From NCBI RefSeq assembly GCF_000014265.1, contig NC_008312.1, positions 930,001-962,000 of the forward strand: DNA of 32,000 bases, in the 5' to 3' direction. A program made the translations under genes and the position numbers. Below are positions 28,934-32,000 of this stretch, piece by piece (position 1 is the first letter of the stretch; every line of letters starts with the position of its first letter). Source of the stretch: Trichodesmium erythraeum IMS101. Lineage in GTDB: Bacteria; Cyanobacteriota; Cyanobacteriia; Cyanobacteriales; Microcoleaceae. Under the pieces are notes generated by a model. It made no database searches. It worked only from the letters and a program-made list of their open reading frames with translations, and was not told the DNA's origin.

Positions 28934-29045
28934 AGGGAATAGGGAGCAATTGATATGAGAAAAGCATTTTTATTATGGCTAATTAATTAAAGTAGCAATA
29001 ATTAACTAAAAACCTTAATAAAAGCTTTTAAAAGTCTTGACATAT
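28934..29045 (+). repeat. Dispersed repeat family, copy B (contains an 11-codon mini-ORF at 28955-28990)
   Basis: gggaatagggagcaattgatatgagaaaagcatttttattatggctaattaat shares attgatatgagaaaa, atttttatt and tgg-taattaat with copy C. Its tail matches copy A. Confidence 0.55.
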
Positions 29046-29819
29046 AATTATATAGCCTTAAAAATATTTTTTCGAAAATTTGGTTAATTCCTTAAGAAAA
29101 GATAAAAAGTAAAGTGGGGTCTTGAAGTGGGAACTTGTAGAGTTAGTAAATTATTTTAGCAAGGGAAGACTCCCATGCAACGAAGAACTAAAAAGCATCA
29201 AAATAGATAGCTGTTCATTAAGTTAAGGGAAATTAAAAAATGGACGCTGGTGTTGTTATATTGAAAGAAGCGAGGCAGGAAAGAGCCTCCAAAAAAAACA
29301 AGCGTCTTATCCTCAAACAATAAGACAATGGCTGAAACAGCCCTAACTGTAATCAGTGATACTATGCAGATTAAATCTGCATAACGCAAAAAGAGGTTAT
29401 ATTTTCCACAGTATTCTCTGAGGATATTTATTAAATAAAGAAGTATTTCTAAAAACAACTAGTAGCTTGTCAAGATAGATTTAATGGGTAATCTATTGAG
29501 TTTTTCTTTTTGTCTAATTTCTTTCCTGGACCTCTTTAATCATGTTTTAACCCATCAGCATAAAAATTAATAAATTAATAAGTTTCTTTAGTATAAATCT
29601 TAATTTGGTCAGAAAAATAATATTTGTTTAAGAAATTTTGCTTTTTTCAAAGAGTTATTGAATTTTATTACTAAACATTCAATTATAAAATTTATATTAA
29701 GTAGGCAAAGAACAGTGTATTGAAGATTAAATCATGTTTTTATCAACAAAAACACGGAGAGATATTTTGCTTTTAAGATGATAAGATCACCATGAATAAA
29801 GGTTCTACAAGGGGTTGCC

Positions 29820-30812
29820 GTGATCCATGCGACTTTACCAATACAGGCTCCTATACCTGCTATTGTTAACGATCATAATCGACTAAGACTGTTTTCAGGT
29901 TCTGCTAACGTTCCTCTCTCTACAGAAGTAGCTAGATACCTAGGTTTAGATCTAGGCCCAATGGTACGTAAGCACTTTGCTGATGGAGAGCTATACATTC
30001 AAATTCAGGAATCAATTAGAGGTTGTGATGTTTATCTAATTCAACCTAGTTGTCACCCAGTTAATGATAACCTGATGGAATTGTTGATAATGATAGATGC
30101 TTGTCATCGTGCTTCTGCCAGACAAATTACCGCAGTAATTCCTTACTATGGTTATGCTAGGGCAGACCGTAAAACTGCTGGAAGAGAATCAATTACAGCG
30201 AAATTAGTGGCCAATTTAATTACTGAGGCGGGAGCTAGTCGTATTCTAGCAATGGATTTACATTCAGCTCAGATTCAGGGTTATTTTGATATTCCCTTCG
30301 ATCATGTTTATGGCTTACCAGTAATTTTAGATTACTTATTAAGTAAAAACTTATCTGATATTGTTGTTGTTTCTCCCGATGTAGGTGGAGTAGCAAGAGC
30401 TAGAGCTTTTGCAAAAAAGCTAAATGATGCTCCTTTGGCAATTATTGATAAGCGTCGCCAAGCTCATAATGTAGCAGAAGTTTTCAATGTGATAGGGGAT
30501 GTTAAGGACAAAACTGCTGTTTTAGTAGATGATATGATTGATACAGCTGGGACTATTTGTGAAGGTGGGCGACTATTACGGGAAAAAGGGGCACGACAAG
30601 TTTATGCCTGTGCTACTCATGCTGTATTTTCCGGTACAGCTATTGAGCGCCTTTCAAATGGAATATTTGAAGAGGTAATTGTTACTAATACTATCCCATT
30701 CAATCAGGAAAATTCTTTTCCTCAGCTAATAGTTCTTTCAGCAGCAAATTTATTGGGTGAGACTATTTGGCGTATTCACGAAGACACTTCAGTTAGTAGT
30801 ATGTTTCGCTAG
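29820..30812 (+). CDS. prs: Ribose-phosphate pyrophosphokinase (PRPP synthetase)
   Basis: RLFSGSANVPLSTEVARYLG, DGELYIQIQESIRGCDVYLIQP, PYYGYARADRK, and the PRPP-binding loop VLVDDMIDTAGT. GTG start; the frame is closed by a TGA 27 nt upstream. Confidence 0.95.
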   Translation: MIHATLPIQAPIPAIVNDHNRLRLFSGSANVPLSTEVARYLGLDLGPMVRKHFADGELYIQIQESIRGCDVYLIQPSCHPVNDNLMELLIMIDACHRASARQITAVIPYYGYARADRKTAGRESITAKLVANLITEAGASRILAMDLHSAQIQGYFDIPFDHVYGLPVILDYLLSKNLSDIVVVSPDVGGVARARAFAKKLNDAPLAIIDKRRQAHNVAEVFNVIGDVKDKTAVLVDDMIDTAGTICEGGRLLREKGARQVYACATHAVFSGTAIERLSNGIFEEVIVTNTIPFNQENSFPQLIVLSAANLLGETIWRIHEDTSVSSMFR

Positions 30813-31171
30813 AATTAGCTATGTTTACCGCAAAATTGGGTCTCTATTCCCTCGCCCATAAGCAAGCAAAACCTGAGTTTATAGTGGGAAGACATAAACT
30901 ATAGTATTATATCACGGCTGGACTATCTGAGACATTAAACGTACCTGGAGGGAAGAGAAGAACTACCGTCATCAAGATAGCAGCAACCAATAAAACGTCA
31001 ACCCACTTGAGAGCTACGGCTCAGTATAAATCTCCGTGCCTTCAGCCAAGAGAAAATCTCAGTTAATCTATATGTTTTTTCCTATTCTATATATTAGGAG
31101 GTCAGAATAGTCAGTATGAAATGTTGAGAAATATTTAATAGAGATTAAACTTTTGCAAGGTTAATTAGTTG

Positions 31172-31202
31172 ACAGTAGAGTTTGCTTCGGCAATTCTACT
31201 GT
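31172..31202. other. Stable composite hairpin capped by a TTCG tetraloop
   Basis: acagtaga-gt-ttgc-TTCG-gcaa-t-tctactgt: an 8-bp outer stem and a 4-bp inner stem with a small asymmetric bulge. It lies 360 nt after prs and 320 nt before the DUF262 gene. Confidence 0.5.
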
Positions 31203-31434
31203 TACTGTTTATAGGTCTTGTTAGACATCTGTGGGTTACAGTTTTATGGGCTATAAAAAAGTCTAAAATATACAAATAATCTATCTCCTAATTAACTATC
31301 TAATTATACGTATGCTACTGGATTTAATATTACTTATACTCACGATACTTTTGATTCCTATTTATTTAAAAACATTGTTAAGGATAAAATATTTTATCAT
31401 TTCTCTTTGAATAACCACTGTGAAAAAAAATTGA

Positions 31435-31500
31435 GGGAATTGAGATAAATTGATATGAGAAAAATATTTTTATTCTGGATAATTAATGAGACTTGATACT
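31435..31500 (+). repeat. Dispersed repeat family, copy C (contains a 13-codon mini-ORF at 31455-31496)
   Basis: gggaattgagataaattgatatgagaaaaatatttttattctggataattaatgagacttgatact. The core matches copy B and the tail (taatgagacttgata) matches copy A (taattagacttaata). Confidence 0.55.
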
Positions 31501-31520
31501 AAAGCTATTGAGGTAATTAT

Positions 31521-32000
31521 ATGGCAACTATTGAATCTAAAGGCATGAATTTAGAAAAGTTATTTGATGAATTTTATGTTATTCCTGATTACCAGCGCGA
31601 ATATGTTTGGACACAAAAAGAAGTCAATGAATTTATTCAAGACATCTATGAAGAATTTTCTGAACAAACTCAAAACTCTTACCCTGAGTATTTTATTGGC
31701 AGTATAATTGTTTGTGGTCGCGGGGAAAAATTTTATGAAATAATTGATGGCCAGCAACGAATTACTACTGCTTACCTTGTACTATGTGCAATTCGGGATT
31801 ATCTATTAACTATTAATCCTAATGAACCTATTGAAGCATTAAAAAATAAGATTGCTGCTTTGTATACGGATAACTGGGGTAATGACCAGTTTAGACACAA
31901 AGTAGAACTACAATATCAGGAAAGTCGAGGAATACTAGAAAATATAGCTCTACAAGCAAGTGTAGAGACTCTTAGTCCAACTCGCTCTGTTAAAAATATT
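31521..32000 (+). CDS. DUF262 (ParB-like nuclease superfamily, GmrSD-type N-domain) protein, 5' 160 codons; continues beyond the window
   Basis: Hand translation from the ATG at 31521 (gagg RBS 8 nt upstream) gives MATIESKGMNLEKLFDEFYVIPDYQREYVWTQKEVNEFIQDIYEEF...YFIGSIIVCGRGEKFYEIIDGQQRITTAYLVLCAIRDYL. The IPDYQR-x-YVW and DGQQR motifs are DUF262 hallmarks. The frame is open to nt 32000. It is absent from the ORF track because no stop is reached. Confidence 0.8.
   Translation, partial: MATIESKGMNLEKLFDEFYVIPDYQREYVWTQKEVNEFIQDIYEEFSEQTQNSYPEYFIGSIIVCGRGEKFYEIIDGQQRITTAYLVLCAIRDYLLTINPNEPIEALKNKIAALYTDNWGNDQFRHKVELQYQESRGILENIALQASVETLSPTRSVKNI

Overview
This is a 32-kb chromosomal segment from an AT-rich cyanobacterium. 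The call rests on at least 15 copies of the HIP1 palindrome GCGATCGC and on a tig-clpP-clpX operon lying divergent from asd-dapA-rnj, an arrangement I recall from Synechocystis. Supportable genes cover only about 63% of the window, and ORF-free spacers of 0.6-1.7 kb are common. That resembles Trichodesmium-like filamentous cyanobacteria, but I cannot verify it here.

Core genes:
- hisG (3' part)
- a small two-cluster ferredoxin
- trpB
- tig-clpP-clpX (minus strand)
- asd-dapA-rnj (plus strand)
- a GatB/YqeY-domain gene
- prs

Accessory or poorly understood content:
- a pentapeptide-repeat protein
- a 2.4-kb islet after trpB, holding a signal-peptide serine hydrolase and decayed coding scraps, bracketed by a direct duplication of the trpB 3' end
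- an HTH + NB-ARC STAND NTPase with no sensor-repeat tail, divergently paired with a DUF4347 / 7x FG-GAP / ~17x RTX protein
- a membrane-anchored cyanophycinase-like (S51) peptidase
- a lysine-rich, internally repeated ORF
- a 555-aa membrane-anchored protein of unknown function
- the 5' part of a DUF262 (DGQQR motif) gene at the right edge, absent from the ORF track because it runs off the window

Non-coding highlights:
- a G+C-enriched, ORF-free 1-kb spacer inside the otherwise tight tig-clpP-clpX cluster
- two tandem ~140-nt modules between tig and asd, each ending in a near-consensus sigma70-type promoter
- a dispersed ~60-110-nt repeat family (3 copies), two of which carry a conserved mini-ORF
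- a 14-nt tandem repeat

I recognised no rRNA, tRNA, CRISPR array, intact transposase or integrase. I found no compact multi-gene cassette that I can confidently call a new system. The best candidates are listed as findings with modest interest scores.
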